The notes below the pieces were generated by a model. The model saw only the letters and a list, made by a program, of their open reading frames with translations. It had not been told where the DNA came from and searched no databases. The position numbers and the translations under genes are program-made. From positions 3,008,001-3,072,000 of the forward strand of contig CAXXUK010000001.1 in assembly GCA_963665125.2 (NCBI GenBank): 64,000 nt of DNA. Direction: 5' to 3'. Origin of the DNA: an uncultured Desulfarculus sp. (lineage in GTDB: Bacteria > Desulfobacterota > Desulfarculia > Desulfarculales > Desulfarculaceae). How positions within the stretch are numbered: the first letter of the stretch is position 1; every line of letters starts with the position of its first letter. This document shows positions 1-9,629 of the stretch, one piece after another.

Positions 1-394
1 CTTTTTCGATGAACGTGTCGCTGGCCGGAATATAGGCCTCGGGTTGGTAATAGTCGTAGTACGAGACAAAGTATTCCACGGCGTTGTTGGGAAACAGGGC
101 CTTGAATTCGCCGTAGAGCTGGGCGGCCAGGGTCTTGTTGGGGGCCAGGACCAGGGTGGGCAGGCCCACACCCGCGATGACGTTGGCCATGGTGAAGGTC
201 TTGCCGCTGCCGGTGACGCCCAACAGCACCTGGTGCTCCAGGCCCTGGCGTAGGCCCAGGGTGAGCTGCTCGATGGCCTGGGGTTGGTCGCCGCTGGGTT
301 TGAATTCGCTGACCAGCTCGAACTCGGCCGGGCTGGGCGCCGTGCGGTAGTACTGGAATGTCTCTTCGGAATGGAATCCCATGAATCTCGCCAT
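1..394 (-). CDS. uvrB: Excinuclease ABC subunit B, N-terminal part (runs off window)
   Basis: Manual translation of minus strand: ...[17 protein letters not shown]...[17 protein letters not shown]...[38 protein letters not shown]. Start ATG 394 or 382. Not in ORF track. Confidence 0.95.
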   Translation of the reverse strand, partial: MARFMGFHSEETFQYYRTAPSPAEFELVSEFKPSGDQPQAIEQLTLGLRQGLEHQVLLGVTGSGKTFTMANVIAGVGLPTLVLAPNKTLAAQLYGEFKALFPNNAVEYFVSYYDYYQPEAYIPASDTFIEK

Positions 395-689
395 AAAAGG
401 GTTCGCGCGGAAACGCGGCCCCGCAAAACGGTCATACTCATTTAATGTATTGTAGCCCATGGGAGAGAGGGAGGCCATAGGCGCCGCGACAAAAGCGGCG
501 TATTGCCGCCGGGTCCTCGCCGGGCAGGATAGCCGATTGACCACGGTAAAAAAGAAAGTTACCATGTGCTGGCCGTAATGAAAGCATCCCGTGCGAACCA
601 TTCAGCGGCGAAAAGGCGTTATGGGCCGTTGAGCGGCCTGACCGCGGAGGCAACAGGCTGAGCCGTATTTTGGGTGTAAGGTGACGACA

Positions 690-1592
690 ATGCACAAGAG
701 CTATCCCGTCAACCCGACGGTTGTAAACACCCCTCCCGCAGTGTTCAGGCTGGCCCGCCTACTCATGCGAAAAGACATCCCCGGCGGCTGGCGGCTGTTT
801 ACCATGGCCAGAAAACTGGGGATGCTCGATGTCCTGTACCGCTGCCCGCTGTCAGACCGTGTTTCGGTGAATGTGCCGCTTTTTTCGCCGGATGACGCCA
901 TGGACCGGGAAAGCGTCGGCCAATACGAAAGCCAGGTGATAGACATGGTTTCGTATTGGATCAACCAGATGCCCGGTCCGGTGGATTTGGTGGACTGTGG
1001 CGCCAATATCGGCCTTATCACCGCGCGCCTGGTGGCGGCCTGTCCGGGCATAGCCGGGGTGGCGGCCTTTGAACCCAACGAACGCATATTCAATGTACTC
1101 AAGGGCAACGTTGAGCAGCTTCCCGTGGAGGCAAAAGCCCACATGGCCGCGGTCGGCAACCAGTGCGGAACGTGCGAGTTGATCAACTCCAGGCATGACC
1201 CTTCGGACCACGCGCGCTTCATCCAACCTACCCCCCAGGGACAAATTCAACTGCTTCGCATCGACGATCTGGGAATCGGTGATGACCGCTTTTTGGCCAT
1301 AAAAATCGACGTGGAGGGTAATGAGCTGCAAGTGGTTGAGGGGGCGGCGGAAACATTGGCCCGTTCCCGCCAGTTCTGCATAGTATTCGAAGCCCATCCG
1401 CTCCAGGTGGAGCGTACGGGAATAGAGCCGGCGCAGATCATGCGATTCATAGACAATATCCGGCCTTGCCGTTTTTTCGTCTGCGAAGAGCCCGGTCTCG
1501 AGGTCTTTGCCGACAGAGATTTTTTCAGCCAGACGCCACACAATCGGATGTACAACCTTTTTTGCCGCTCGACCGGCGACGGCAACGAATGA
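690..1592 (+). CDS. FkbM family methyltransferase
   Basis: VDCGANIG, AFEPN and IKIDVEG motifs. Confidence 0.85.
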   Translation: MHKSYPVNPTVVNTPPAVFRLARLLMRKDIPGGWRLFTMARKLGMLDVLYRCPLSDRVSVNVPLFSPDDAMDRESVGQYESQVIDMVSYWINQMPGPVDLVDCGANIGLITARLVAACPGIAGVAAFEPNERIFNVLKGNVEQLPVEAKAHMAAVGNQCGTCELINSRHDPSDHARFIQPTPQGQIQLLRIDDLGIGDDRFLAIKIDVEGNELQVVEGAAETLARSRQFCIVFEAHPLQVERTGIEPAQIMRFIDNIRPCRFFVCEEPGLEVFADRDFFSQTPHNRMYNLFCRSTGDGNE

Positions 1593-1811
1593 CCGGACCG
1601 GCTTCCGCCTGCATGGAGGCCGTCACCTTGCCCTCAACGCGCTGAGCCCTGTTGGGCTGACACAGCTGACGCCTCGTACATGCGGTCTGCATGCGCGCCA
1701 CGGCGCTACAAAATAATTAGGCAAACAGGTTTGGCTTGGGCGGGCGGCGTCCAACATTGAGGGGGGAGCGAAGCCGAAGAGGGAACAACCGGCTGAAAGG
1801 GAGAAGGAAAA

Positions 1812-2498
1812 ATGAAAAAGGGTTTACTGGCAAGTCTGTTTTTGGGTCTGATGGTCCTTATGGCCGTCCCGGCCTGGGCAGGGGGCAACTTCGGCGTCAG
1901 CGTACTGGGAGGCTACGCATTCCCCACTGCGGGCGGCGACGCCATGATGGGCCGCGATGGATATTCAGGACCGGAAGACAGCGACTTCAAAAACAACTGG
2001 ACCGCGGGCATCGAAGGGCTCTACGCCTTTTCCGGCGGCCTGCAACTGGGCATCGGCGTGCAGTACCTGCCGCTGACAGCCGAGGCCTCCCGTTCGGCCG
2101 GTGGAACCAAGGAAGATTTTCTGACCCTCAAATCCACGGCCATCTACGCCCTGGCCCGCTACCAGTATCCGGTGCAAACCGGTTTTACCGGCCACTTCGA
2201 GGCGGGCCTGGGCTACAACATGACCAGCGTCGACAATGAACAGGCCCTCAACGCCATGGGCAGCGGCCTGGGCGCCAGCCTGGACACGGACACCGAAAAC
2301 GCGGTCATGGCCCTCATCGGCGCGGGCGTTGATTATTATTTCAACCCGGCCCTGTCCCTGGGCCTCAGCGCCCGTTACTGGTGGTCCGAGGTCGACTACA
2401 CCGTCACCGCCAGCGGCTATGGCGACATCATCAGGGGCGAACTGGACGCCCACAACATCCAGGCCGTCATCAGCCTGAGCTATTGGTTCGGCAAGTAG
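1812..2498 (+). CDS. Outer-membrane beta-barrel protein (OmpW/OmpA-TM-like)
   Basis: Signal peptide (AVPAWA), alternating beta strands, GAGVDYYF, C-terminal LSYWF. Confidence 0.8.
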   Translation: MKKGLLASLFLGLMVLMAVPAWAGGNFGVSVLGGYAFPTAGGDAMMGRDGYSGPEDSDFKNNWTAGIEGLYAFSGGLQLGIGVQYLPLTAEASRSAGGTKEDFLTLKSTAIYALARYQYPVQTGFTGHFEAGLGYNMTSVDNEQALNAMGSGLGASLDTDTENAVMALIGAGVDYYFNPALSLGLSARYWWSEVDYTVTASGYGDIIRGELDAHNIQAVISLSYWFGK

Positions 2499-2518
2499 CC
2501 GCCGGCCCGAGAAGATGT

Positions 2519-2559
2519 AAAAAGCTCCGGCGGTATTGATGCCGCCGGAGCTTTTTTTT
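2519..2559. terminator. Bidirectional intrinsic terminator
   Basis: AAAAAGCTCCGGCGG-tattgatg-CCGCCGGAGCTTTTTTTT between convergent genes. Confidence 0.85.
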
Positions 2560-2571
2560 GATTGCCGAAAA

Positions 2572-3549
2572 TCAGGCGCCGGCAAACAACCGGGCGGGGT
2601 TGCCGCGCAGGATGTTGTCCAACTGTTCGTCGGTGACGCCGCCGTGTTTGAGAATTCGCGAGAGCTTGCCCGGCACGTAGGTCATGTGCCAGTCGGCCAC
2701 GGCGGCCTGGTATTGGGCCGGGATATCCCGGAAACGGCCCAGCCAAGTGGTGATGCGGTCATGGCTGAACATGATTTGTGTATCCCAGCCGCGCTTGACC
2801 AGCTCGATGAGCAGGGGATGGCGATCAGCTTCCATGGGGCATCCGGCCAGTACCTGGATGCCCATGCGGTCCCAGGAAACATAGGCGCCTTGTTTGAGCA
2901 CGGCCTCCTGATAGTCGATGTCCAGGTTGTCGCACATGTGGCCGATCATGAGCTGTTTGGGATTTGCCCCCAGTTCGATGAGCAGTTTGGCCTGCTCCGG
3001 ACCCATGGTGCCTTGTTCGGTGTGGGTGATGATGGGCGCGCCTTTTTCCTGTTGGGCCCTGGCCGCGGCCGCGTAGCACGCTGTTTGATAGTCGGAAATC
3101 ATGCCCAGGCCAGCGACCAGCTTGATCACGCCCGCTTTGATGCCGCTGTTGGCGATGCCCTGGGTCAACTCGGTCATGAACAGGTCGTAGAGTTCTTCAA
3201 CAAGGTCAGCCATCGGGACGGGAGAGCCCAGGCGGGCCAAGACTCCGTCGTGTTGGCCGTACACCCCTGTCGCGCAGACGATGTTCACGCCGGTTTTTTC
3301 CGTGATGTCCCGGTAAAGCTCGGGCCGGCGTCCGACATCGCCGGGCGTGGCGTCGATGATGGTCTGGATTCCCAGGTCCTTGGCGGCCGAGATCTCCTTC
3401 ACCGAGGCTTCCAACAATTCCAGGTAATCATATGAGCCGACGGGCGCATCGTCGGGATTACCGAAGACGATGTGCTCGTGCATCAGGGTCTTACCCATGT
3501 CCTCCGGCGAAATGGCCCCGCAGACGGTGTTTACCTTACCGGCGCTCAA
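2572..3549 (-). CDS. Phosphotriesterase/lactonase family metallohydrolase
   Basis: TLMHEH, GVIK, THT, GHM, SHD metal ligands; TTG start after GGAGG. Confidence 0.9.
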   Translation of the reverse strand: MSAGKVNTVCGAISPEDMGKTLMHEHIVFGNPDDAPVGSYDYLELLEASVKEISAAKDLGIQTIIDATPGDVGRRPELYRDITEKTGVNIVCATGVYGQHDGVLARLGSPVPMADLVEELYDLFMTELTQGIANSGIKAGVIKLVAGLGMISDYQTACYAAAARAQQEKGAPIITHTEQGTMGPEQAKLLIELGANPKQLMIGHMCDNLDIDYQEAVLKQGAYVSWDRMGIQVLAGCPMEADRHPLLIELVKRGWDTQIMFSHDRITTWLGRFRDIPAQYQAAVADWHMTYVPGKLSRILKHGGVTDEQLDNILRGNPARLFAGA

Positions 3550-3602
3550 AGTCGTCCTCCCGTGGATCGCCGCCAACCATCGCCAACGTCATGGCCGTGT
3601 GG

Positions 3603-4427
3603 TTAAGCGCCCTTGAAATTGCCCAGCCTGCCTTCCAGATAGGCCGTCACGGCTTCGTTGATGTCCTCGCTGGGCAGGATCATCACGCTGCGGGCGCAGT
3701 TGTAGTCCAGGGAATCTTCCAGGGTGGACTCTTCGTCAAACAGGAACACGTCCTTGGCCCCCCGGACGGCCAGGGGTGCGTTTGACGCGATCTCCTCGGC
3801 CATGGCCAGGGCGGCGGCGTCCAGGGCATCCTTGTCGGGGTACGCCTCGTTGATCAAGCCGATGCGCAGGGCGTAGTCCGCGCCAAAACGGTGGCCCCGG
3901 AAGGATATCTCCTTGGCCCGGCCCCCGCCGACCAGGCGGCGCAGGCGCTGCAAGCCGCCCACGTCGGTGATAAAGGCCAGCTTGGCCTCGGGCAGGGAAA
4001 ACACCGCGTCTTCGCTGCACAGACGGATGTCGGCGCACAGGGCCAGCTCCAGCCCCGCGCCCAGGCAGTGCTTGTGGATGGCGGCGATGGTGGGCATGGG
4101 CAGCCGCTCGAACGCCGTGTGGATGTTCTGGACCCGGCGGATTTCATGGTAGAGCTTGGTCTTATTGGCCGCCGAGGCCCCGTCGGGGCTCATCAGATGG
4201 CTGAACAGCTCGTTGTCCGGGCTCAGCTCCAGCCCGGCGCAGAAGCTCTTGCCCGCGCCGCGCAGGATCAGCACCCGGGCGTCGTCGTCGGCCGCGGCCT
4301 GGTCGATGACCTCGCCCAGCTTGTGCCAAAAGGCCAGGCTCATGGCGTTGCGTTTTTCGGGGCGGTTCAGGGTCAGGTAGCCGATATGGCCTTCGCGGTG
4401 ATAGGTGACCATTGCTTGATCGTTCAT
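3603..4427 (-). CDS. Enoyl-CoA hydratase/isomerase family protein
   Basis: LNRPEKRNAM, FCAG, GAGLELALCADIR, FSLPE. Confidence 0.9.
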   Translation of the reverse strand: MNDQAMVTYHREGHIGYLTLNRPEKRNAMSLAFWHKLGEVIDQAAADDDARVLILRGAGKSFCAGLELSPDNELFSHLMSPDGASAANKTKLYHEIRRVQNIHTAFERLPMPTIAAIHKHCLGAGLELALCADIRLCSEDAVFSLPEAKLAFITDVGGLQRLRRLVGGGRAKEISFRGHRFGADYALRIGLINEAYPDKDALDAAALAMAEEIASNAPLAVRGAKDVFLFDEESTLEDSLDYNCARSVMILPSEDINEAVTAYLEGRLGNFKGA

Positions 4428-4562
4428 CGTCGACCTCCATGTGCCTGCGGGAGGAAGGTGAAAGAAGGTGTGGCGGCCAACCAAACCGCCTCGATCAGCA
4501 ATAGCATATTCGGTGTGGGTTTCGAAAGGTGCGGGACGGATGTTTGACCGAAATCGGCCTGC

Positions 4563-5264
4563 TTATGATTCCCGGCGGCAAAAGTCCACGATGGCCTCCA
4601 CATGGATGGCCGAGGCGTTGAGCACGGGCAGGCCCTCGTATTGGGCCTGGTCCAGGATAAGCGGCAGCTCGGTGCAGCCCAGGATTACGGCGTCGATGCC
4701 CTGGCTGGCTTTCATGCGCCCCACGATGCCCAACAACTCCCCACGGGTGCTGTCATTGATGACGCCGTTTTCGATCTCGCTGAACAGGCGCTGTTGGATG
4801 AGTTTCTGGTCCTTGTCCGGCGGGACGGGCACATCCATGCCCAACCCATTGAAAACGCGCTGATACAGATCGGATTGCATGGTCACGCGGGTGCCCAGCA
4901 GGCCCGGCTTTTTCAGGCCCAGGGAAGCCGCCCGTTCCGCAGCCGCTTCCACGATGCTGATCAGGGGCAGGCTCACCCGGCTTTGCACCTTGGCAAAGGC
5001 TAGGTGCGGCGTATTGGAGGCGATAGCCGCGAAATCGGCACCGGCGGCCCGTAAGGATTCGGCGCTTTGGACCAGTATATCTGCCACCGCGTCCCAGTTT
5101 CCGGCCTCCATTAAAGCCCAGACTTGGCCCAAGTTGAGGCTGTGGACGAATATCTCCGGGTAGTCAAAGGCCTGGCCGGGCTGTTCAAAGGCCTTGATTA
5201 TGCCCTTGTAGTAATCAAGGGTGGACTCCGGCCCCAGGCCGCCGATTATGCCGACTTTTTTCAT
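4563..5264 (-). CDS. Aspartate/glutamate racemase family protein
   Basis: GIIGGLGPEST, SNTPH, ILGCTELP. Confidence 0.9.
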   Translation of the reverse strand: MKKVGIIGGLGPESTLDYYKGIIKAFEQPGQAFDYPEIFVHSLNLGQVWALMEAGNWDAVADILVQSAESLRAAGADFAAIASNTPHLAFAKVQSRVSLPLISIVEAAAERAASLGLKKPGLLGTRVTMQSDLYQRVFNGLGMDVPVPPDKDQKLIQQRLFSEIENGVINDSTRGELLGIVGRMKASQGIDAVILGCTELPLILDQAQYEGLPVLNASAIHVEAIVDFCRRES

Positions 5265-5276
5265 AGCCCATCCCCC

Positions 5277-5843
5277 TTAGGCGCTCATCTTGCGCAGCAA
5301 GGCCGTGCGGCTGCCCCGGAATTTGGGTTGCTCTTCCATGGCGAAACCGGCCTGGCGGGCAAAGGCCAATGTCTCGATAAAAGCGTCCTTGTTTACATGG
5401 CCCGTTGGTTCCAGGATCAAAAACGAACCGGCCGGGCGCAGGCTGCGGGCCACCTGGCTGAATATCCTGGGCTGATCCGGCGCCTCGTGGATCATGTACC
5501 CGGCCAAGGCGAAATCCACCAGCCCGGCCAAATCGCCCAGGCGCAGGCTTTCATCTTGGCATTTGCGGATTTTGATGATGGAGTCCAGGCCGTGTTTAGT
5601 GGCCCGGCGGGCCAGGCCGGCCAGCATCCTGCCCTGAAGGTCCACGGCGTGGACCACGCCGCCGTGACCGGTGCAGCGGGCCATGGGCCGCGAAAAAAAG
5701 CCCAGACCGCAGCCGATATCCAGGCATACGTCGCCGGGCTTGACATAGCGCCGCAAAAGCCTCTCGGGGTTTTGCCACCAAGTCCGCAGGGGGTTGTCGA
5801 TAATATAGCCCAGCCACCAGGGGCAGATGTCGAAACCGGGCAT
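5277..5843 (-). CDS. Class I SAM-dependent methyltransferase
   Basis: LDIGCGLGFF, AVDLQ, MIHE. Confidence 0.85.
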   Translation of the reverse strand: MPGFDICPWWLGYIIDNPLRTWWQNPERLLRRYVKPGDVCLDIGCGLGFFSRPMARCTGHGGVVHAVDLQGRMLAGLARRATKHGLDSIIKIRKCQDESLRLGDLAGLVDFALAGYMIHEAPDQPRIFSQVARSLRPAGSFLILEPTGHVNKDAFIETLAFARQAGFAMEEQPKFRGSRTALLRKMSA

Positions 5844-5877
5844 GGGTCCTCCCGCTATGCTTGTGGGCTGCTGGCTA

Positions 5878-6468
5878 TCAGGTGAAGACTCCCTCCACCA
5901 TTTGCCGGGCCTCGGCCAGCCAGGCCTTGCGCTGGGCCTCGTCGCTGGTGACGATCACCGTAAACAGCCTGCGGTGAAACTCGCGCACGCCGCACAGGTC
6001 AAAGATGCAATCCCGCCACAGGCGCTCCAACGGGTCGCCGAAGGCTTCCAGCTCCCGGTGCAGGGGCGTATTGCCGGTGTTGAAGACCACGGCGGCCTTG
6101 GCCCTGAGTAGGCCGTTGGGCACGCCCTCGCCGCCGTCGCCCTCCAGAAATTCATAGGCCACGCCGGGCCGCACCACCCTGTCCACCCAGCCCTTGAGAA
6201 TGGCCGGGGGCATGCCCCACCAGTTGGGGTGGACGATGACGATGCCCTCGGCGGTGGCCAGCAGGTCGCAGTGCTCCCGGATCACCGGGGGCAACTCGGC
6301 GCCGAAGGGTATCTCCGGGCCGGGCAGGATGGCCTCGAAGCCCTCGGCGTACAGATCCCGCAGGGTCACGTCATGACCCATGCCCCGCAACTGGTCCGCG
6401 GCGGCCCGGGCCAAGGCGTGGCTGAAGCTGCCTGGATCGGGATGGGCCAGCACAACCAGGATGTTCAC
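5878..6468 (-). CDS. NAD(P)H-dependent oxidoreductase (flavodoxin-like, quinone reductase family)
   Basis: AHPDPGSF, PNWWGMPPAILKGWVDRV. Confidence 0.9.
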   Translation of the reverse strand: MNILVVLAHPDPGSFSHALARAAADQLRGMGHDVTLRDLYAEGFEAILPGPEIPFGAELPPVIREHCDLLATAEGIVIVHPNWWGMPPAILKGWVDRVVRPGVAYEFLEGDGGEGVPNGLLRAKAAVVFNTGNTPLHRELEAFGDPLERLWRDCIFDLCGVREFHRRLFTVIVTSDEAQRKAWLAEARQMVEGVFT

Positions 6469-6472
6469 GGCC

Positions 6473-7924
6473 TCAGTTCTCCATGCGCCAGGTGGTGCCC
6501 TGGGGCGAGTCCTGCAACACCACTCCCATGGCCGTCAGTTCGTCGCGCACGCGGTCGGCCGTGGCAAAGTCCTTGCTCTTGCGGGCCTCGTTGCGCTGGG
6601 CTATCATGGCCTCGATCTTCTCGGCGTCCACCTCCCCGGCTCCGCCGGCCACGCTCTGGAAGAACTCCTGGGGATCCATACCCAGGATGCCCAGCCTTGC
6701 CCCCAGGTTTTTGAGCCGGGCGGCGCAGAGACCCAACAGGGCGTCGCGGGGGGGCGTTTTTTTCTCCTGGGCCAGCTTGTTGCTGATTCGAGCCAGGGTG
6801 AAAAGCGCGCCCAGGGCCCGGGCCGTGTTGAAGTCGTCGTCCATGCCCGCCTCGAATTCGGCCACCTGGGCCTGAATTTCCTTTAATTGGGGCTGGTCGG
6901 CGGCCTTGATCACCTCATGGATCGGATCAGGAGCCTCTTCCTGGGCGGTTTGCAGAGCCGTGTAGAGCCGCTCCAGTCCCTGGCCGGCTTCCTTGATGGC
7001 GGCGTCGGAGAAATCCAGGGGCGAGCGGTAGTGCTTTGAGAGCAGGAACAGGCGCAGGGCCTCGGGCTTGGCTTCCCCCAGAATATCCTTGATGGTGAAG
7101 AAATTGCCCAAACTCTTGGACATCTTCTCCTGGTTGACCCGCACGAAACCGTTGTGCAGCCAATAGTGGGCAAAAGGCTCGCCGTTGGCCGCCTCGCTCT
7201 GGGCCACCTCGTTCTCATGGTGGGGGAAGACCAGGTCCTCGCCGCCGCCGTGGATGTCAAAGGTGTGGCCCAGGTACTTGCCGCTCATGGCCGAGCACTC
7301 GATATGCCAGCCCGGCCTGCCCGCTCCGAAGGGGCTGTCCCAGCTGGGCTCGCCCGGCTTGGAGGCCTTCCACAAGACAAAGTCCATGGGGCTTTTCTTG
7401 CGCTGGTCCACCTCGACCCTGGCTCCGGCCTGCATGTCTTCGATGTTGCGTCCCGAGAGCTTGCCATAGCCGTCGAAGCTGGGCACGTCGAACAGCACGT
7501 CGCCGCCTTCGACCTGATAGGCGTGGCCCTTGTCCACCAGGGTCTGGATGGTCTGGAGCATCTCGGCGATATGCTCGGTGGCCAAAGGCTCCACCGTGGG
7601 CGGCAGAACGCCCAGGGTATCCATGTCCTCATGGAACGAGTCGATGTATTTTTTGGCCAGGGCGCTCCATTCCATGTCTGTTTCGGCCGAGCGCTTGATG
7701 ATCTTGTCGTCGATGTCGGTGAAGTTGCGCACGTAGGTCACGTCCCAGCCCTTGGACAGGAAATGCCTGACCATGGCGTCAAAGGCCACATAGCAGCGGG
7801 CATGGCCAATATGCGGATCGTCGTAGACCGTGACCCCGCAGACATACATGCTAACCTTGCCGGGCACCAGGGGGACGAACTCTTCCTTGCGTCGGGACTG
7901 GGTGTTGTAAACTACCAAACTCAT
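6473..7924 (-). CDS. cysS: Cysteine--tRNA ligase
   Basis: YVCGVTVYDDPHIGH, PGWHIECSAM, KMSKS. Confidence 0.98.
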   Translation of the reverse strand: MSLVVYNTQSRRKEEFVPLVPGKVSMYVCGVTVYDDPHIGHARCYVAFDAMVRHFLSKGWDVTYVRNFTDIDDKIIKRSAETDMEWSALAKKYIDSFHEDMDTLGVLPPTVEPLATEHIAEMLQTIQTLVDKGHAYQVEGGDVLFDVPSFDGYGKLSGRNIEDMQAGARVEVDQRKKSPMDFVLWKASKPGEPSWDSPFGAGRPGWHIECSAMSGKYLGHTFDIHGGGEDLVFPHHENEVAQSEAANGEPFAHYWLHNGFVRVNQEKMSKSLGNFFTIKDILGEAKPEALRLFLLSKHYRSPLDFSDAAIKEAGQGLERLYTALQTAQEEAPDPIHEVIKAADQPQLKEIQAQVAEFEAGMDDDFNTARALGALFTLARISNKLAQEKKTPPRDALLGLCAARLKNLGARLGILGMDPQEFFQSVAGGAGEVDAEKIEAMIAQRNEARKSKDFATADRVRDELTAMGVVLQDSPQGTTWRMEN

Positions 7925-7951
7925 TGCATTCTCCGACCGTATCGGCCCGGT

Positions 7952-9124
7952 TTAAACATTATCTACGGGGATTATCACCGCCGTGGCCGTGGCGCTCATG
8001 CCTTCAAACCGGCCAATGGGCCCAAGGCCCTCGGTGGTGGTTGCCGCCACATTGACCTCGCCGGGCTCAATGCCCATGGCCAGGGCCAGGTTCTGGCGCA
8101 TGGCCTGGGTGTAGGGCGCGATCTTGGGCGCTTCGGCTATCAGTTGTACCGTAACCTGGGCCGGACGCCAGCCCTCTTTGGCCAGAACCAGGCGCACCCG
8201 CTTGAGCAGTTCGATGCTGCTTATGCCCTTGTACTGGGGATCGTTGTCCGGAAAGAGCCCGCCGATATCACCCAAGCCGGCGGCGGCCAATAGAGCGTCC
8301 ATCACCGCGTGGGTCAAAACATCGGCGTCGGAGTGGCCCTTCAGGCCCATGGGGTGGTTGATCCGGACCCCACCCAGAACCAAGGCGTAGTGTGGCATCA
8401 GGATATGGTAATCAATACCGATTCCCACCCGCTGGGCCAAGCCTCCGACCAGCCCCCTGGCCAGGCGCAGGTCTTCCGGCGTGGTGATTTTCATGTTATC
8501 CCTCCGGCCCATGACCAGTTTTACATCATGGCCCATGGCCTCTATAAGCCCGGCCTCGTCCGTGGCCTCGATCCCCTGTTCGGCGGCCTGGCCCAGGGCC
8601 CGTTTAAGCAGGGCCGCGTCAAAGGCCTGGGGCGTTTGAACCTGCCACAGGGTTGAGCGGTCCTCGGTGCATTGGACCATTTCGCCGGGCCCGGCCCGCT
8701 TGATGGTGTCCACGGCCGGGCAGGCGGCCACTGCCGCGCCATGGGCCTTGGCCGCTTCCAACACCTGGTCGAACAGTTCCGGCCGGGCAAAGGGCCGCAC
8801 CCCGTCATGGATCACCACCCATTTGGCGCCCAGGGCCAGGGCCTGGCTGAGTCCAGCGGCCACGCTGTCCTGACGCAGCTTGCCCCCCGCCGTGAGGGCC
8901 TTGATCTTTTTCAGGCCCAGGGGCGCGATGCATTGGTCCCGCACCGCGTCTTCCTGGCCCGCCGGACAAACCACGACAATGCCTTCGATGCACTGGGCCG
9001 CTTCGGCGGCGGCCAGGGCATGGGCCAGGATGGGCCTGCCACCCAGGAACAGGAACTGTTTGGCCCTGTCGGCGCCCATGCGGCGGCCGGCGCCCGCGCC
9101 GGCGATTATGGCTATTGTTTCCAC
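7952..9124 (-). CDS. ispDF: Bifunctional IspD/IspF
   Basis: GAGRRM..K, RQDSV, HDGVRP, QTPQ, KITTPED, then IspF GHSDADV..H, DIG.LFP, TTEGLG; GTG start inferred. Confidence 0.93.
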   Translation of the reverse strand: METIAIIAGAGAGRRMGADRAKQFLFLGGRPILAHALAAAEAAQCIEGIVVVCPAGQEDAVRDQCIAPLGLKKIKALTAGGKLRQDSVAAGLSQALALGAKWVVIHDGVRPFARPELFDQVLEAAKAHGAAVAACPAVDTIKRAGPGEMVQCTEDRSTLWQVQTPQAFDAALLKRALGQAAEQGIEATDEAGLIEAMGHDVKLVMGRRDNMKITTPEDLRLARGLVGGLAQRVGIGIDYHILMPHYALVLGGVRINHPMGLKGHSDADVLTHAVMDALLAAAGLGDIGGLFPDNDPQYKGISSIELLKRVRLVLAKEGWRPAQVTVQLIAEAPKIAPYTQAMRQNLALAMGIEPGEVNVAATTTEGLGPIGRFEGMSATATAVIIPVDNV

Positions 9125-9285
9125 GGCAAATCCCCTAGAGGGATGCATTACCTGAAGGCGATCGGCGGTAATACATGAGTCCTAGTCATTTTGATACCCT
9201 GCGGCTTGTCGCGAAGTTGTTGTTTTGTCCGCAAGTGTTTGCTAGGCCAATCTTATTACCGCAATACGCCGATGGCAAGGGGTTC

Positions 9286-9414
9286 TATTTTCTTGTTACT
9301 CTGGCCATCCTTGGCCAGAGTAACAGCGCCCCGGACGGACTAAATCCGATCCGGGGCTCACGACGCGTGGCTAACGCGCCGCGCCGGGTCGGCCATCCAT
9401 GGCCGACATCCCAT
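9286..9414. repeat. Structured dispersed repeat, module R1, copy A
   Basis: Aligns by eye to 22312-22458 (reverse complement) and 36200-36346; several hairpins. Confidence 0.9.
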
Positions 9415-9421
9415 ATCGTGC

Positions 9422-9505
9422 AATATCGCAAAAATGAAGCGCCCGGTCGGGGCCACGGGCGTTTATTGGGGCAGTGAGTGCTGCCCGCGATATGGGAGCG
9501 CAAGC
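9422..9505. repeat. Dispersed repeat module R2, copy A
   Basis: GCCCGGTCGGGGCCACGGG...TGAGTGCTGCCCGCGATATGGGAGC is similar to 20948-21147 (rc), 36361-36429 and 53785-53851. Confidence 0.8.
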
Positions 9506-9629
9506 CCGGAGGCCGCAAAGCTTATGTTTCCACAGAGGGCAGCGTGCAGTGTCCGGTCATACGCGGATGGCCCCGGACAAGCCATGAAGAGACTCGACCG
9601 GGGCCATAGTTATATACGCTTATAGAACC

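Noticed and set aside
1700..1811. c-di-GMP-I riboswitch upstream of the OMP gene (GGCAAAC)
   Set aside because: The GNRA-capped P2 stem and the downstream GCAAAGC/P3 elements were not found
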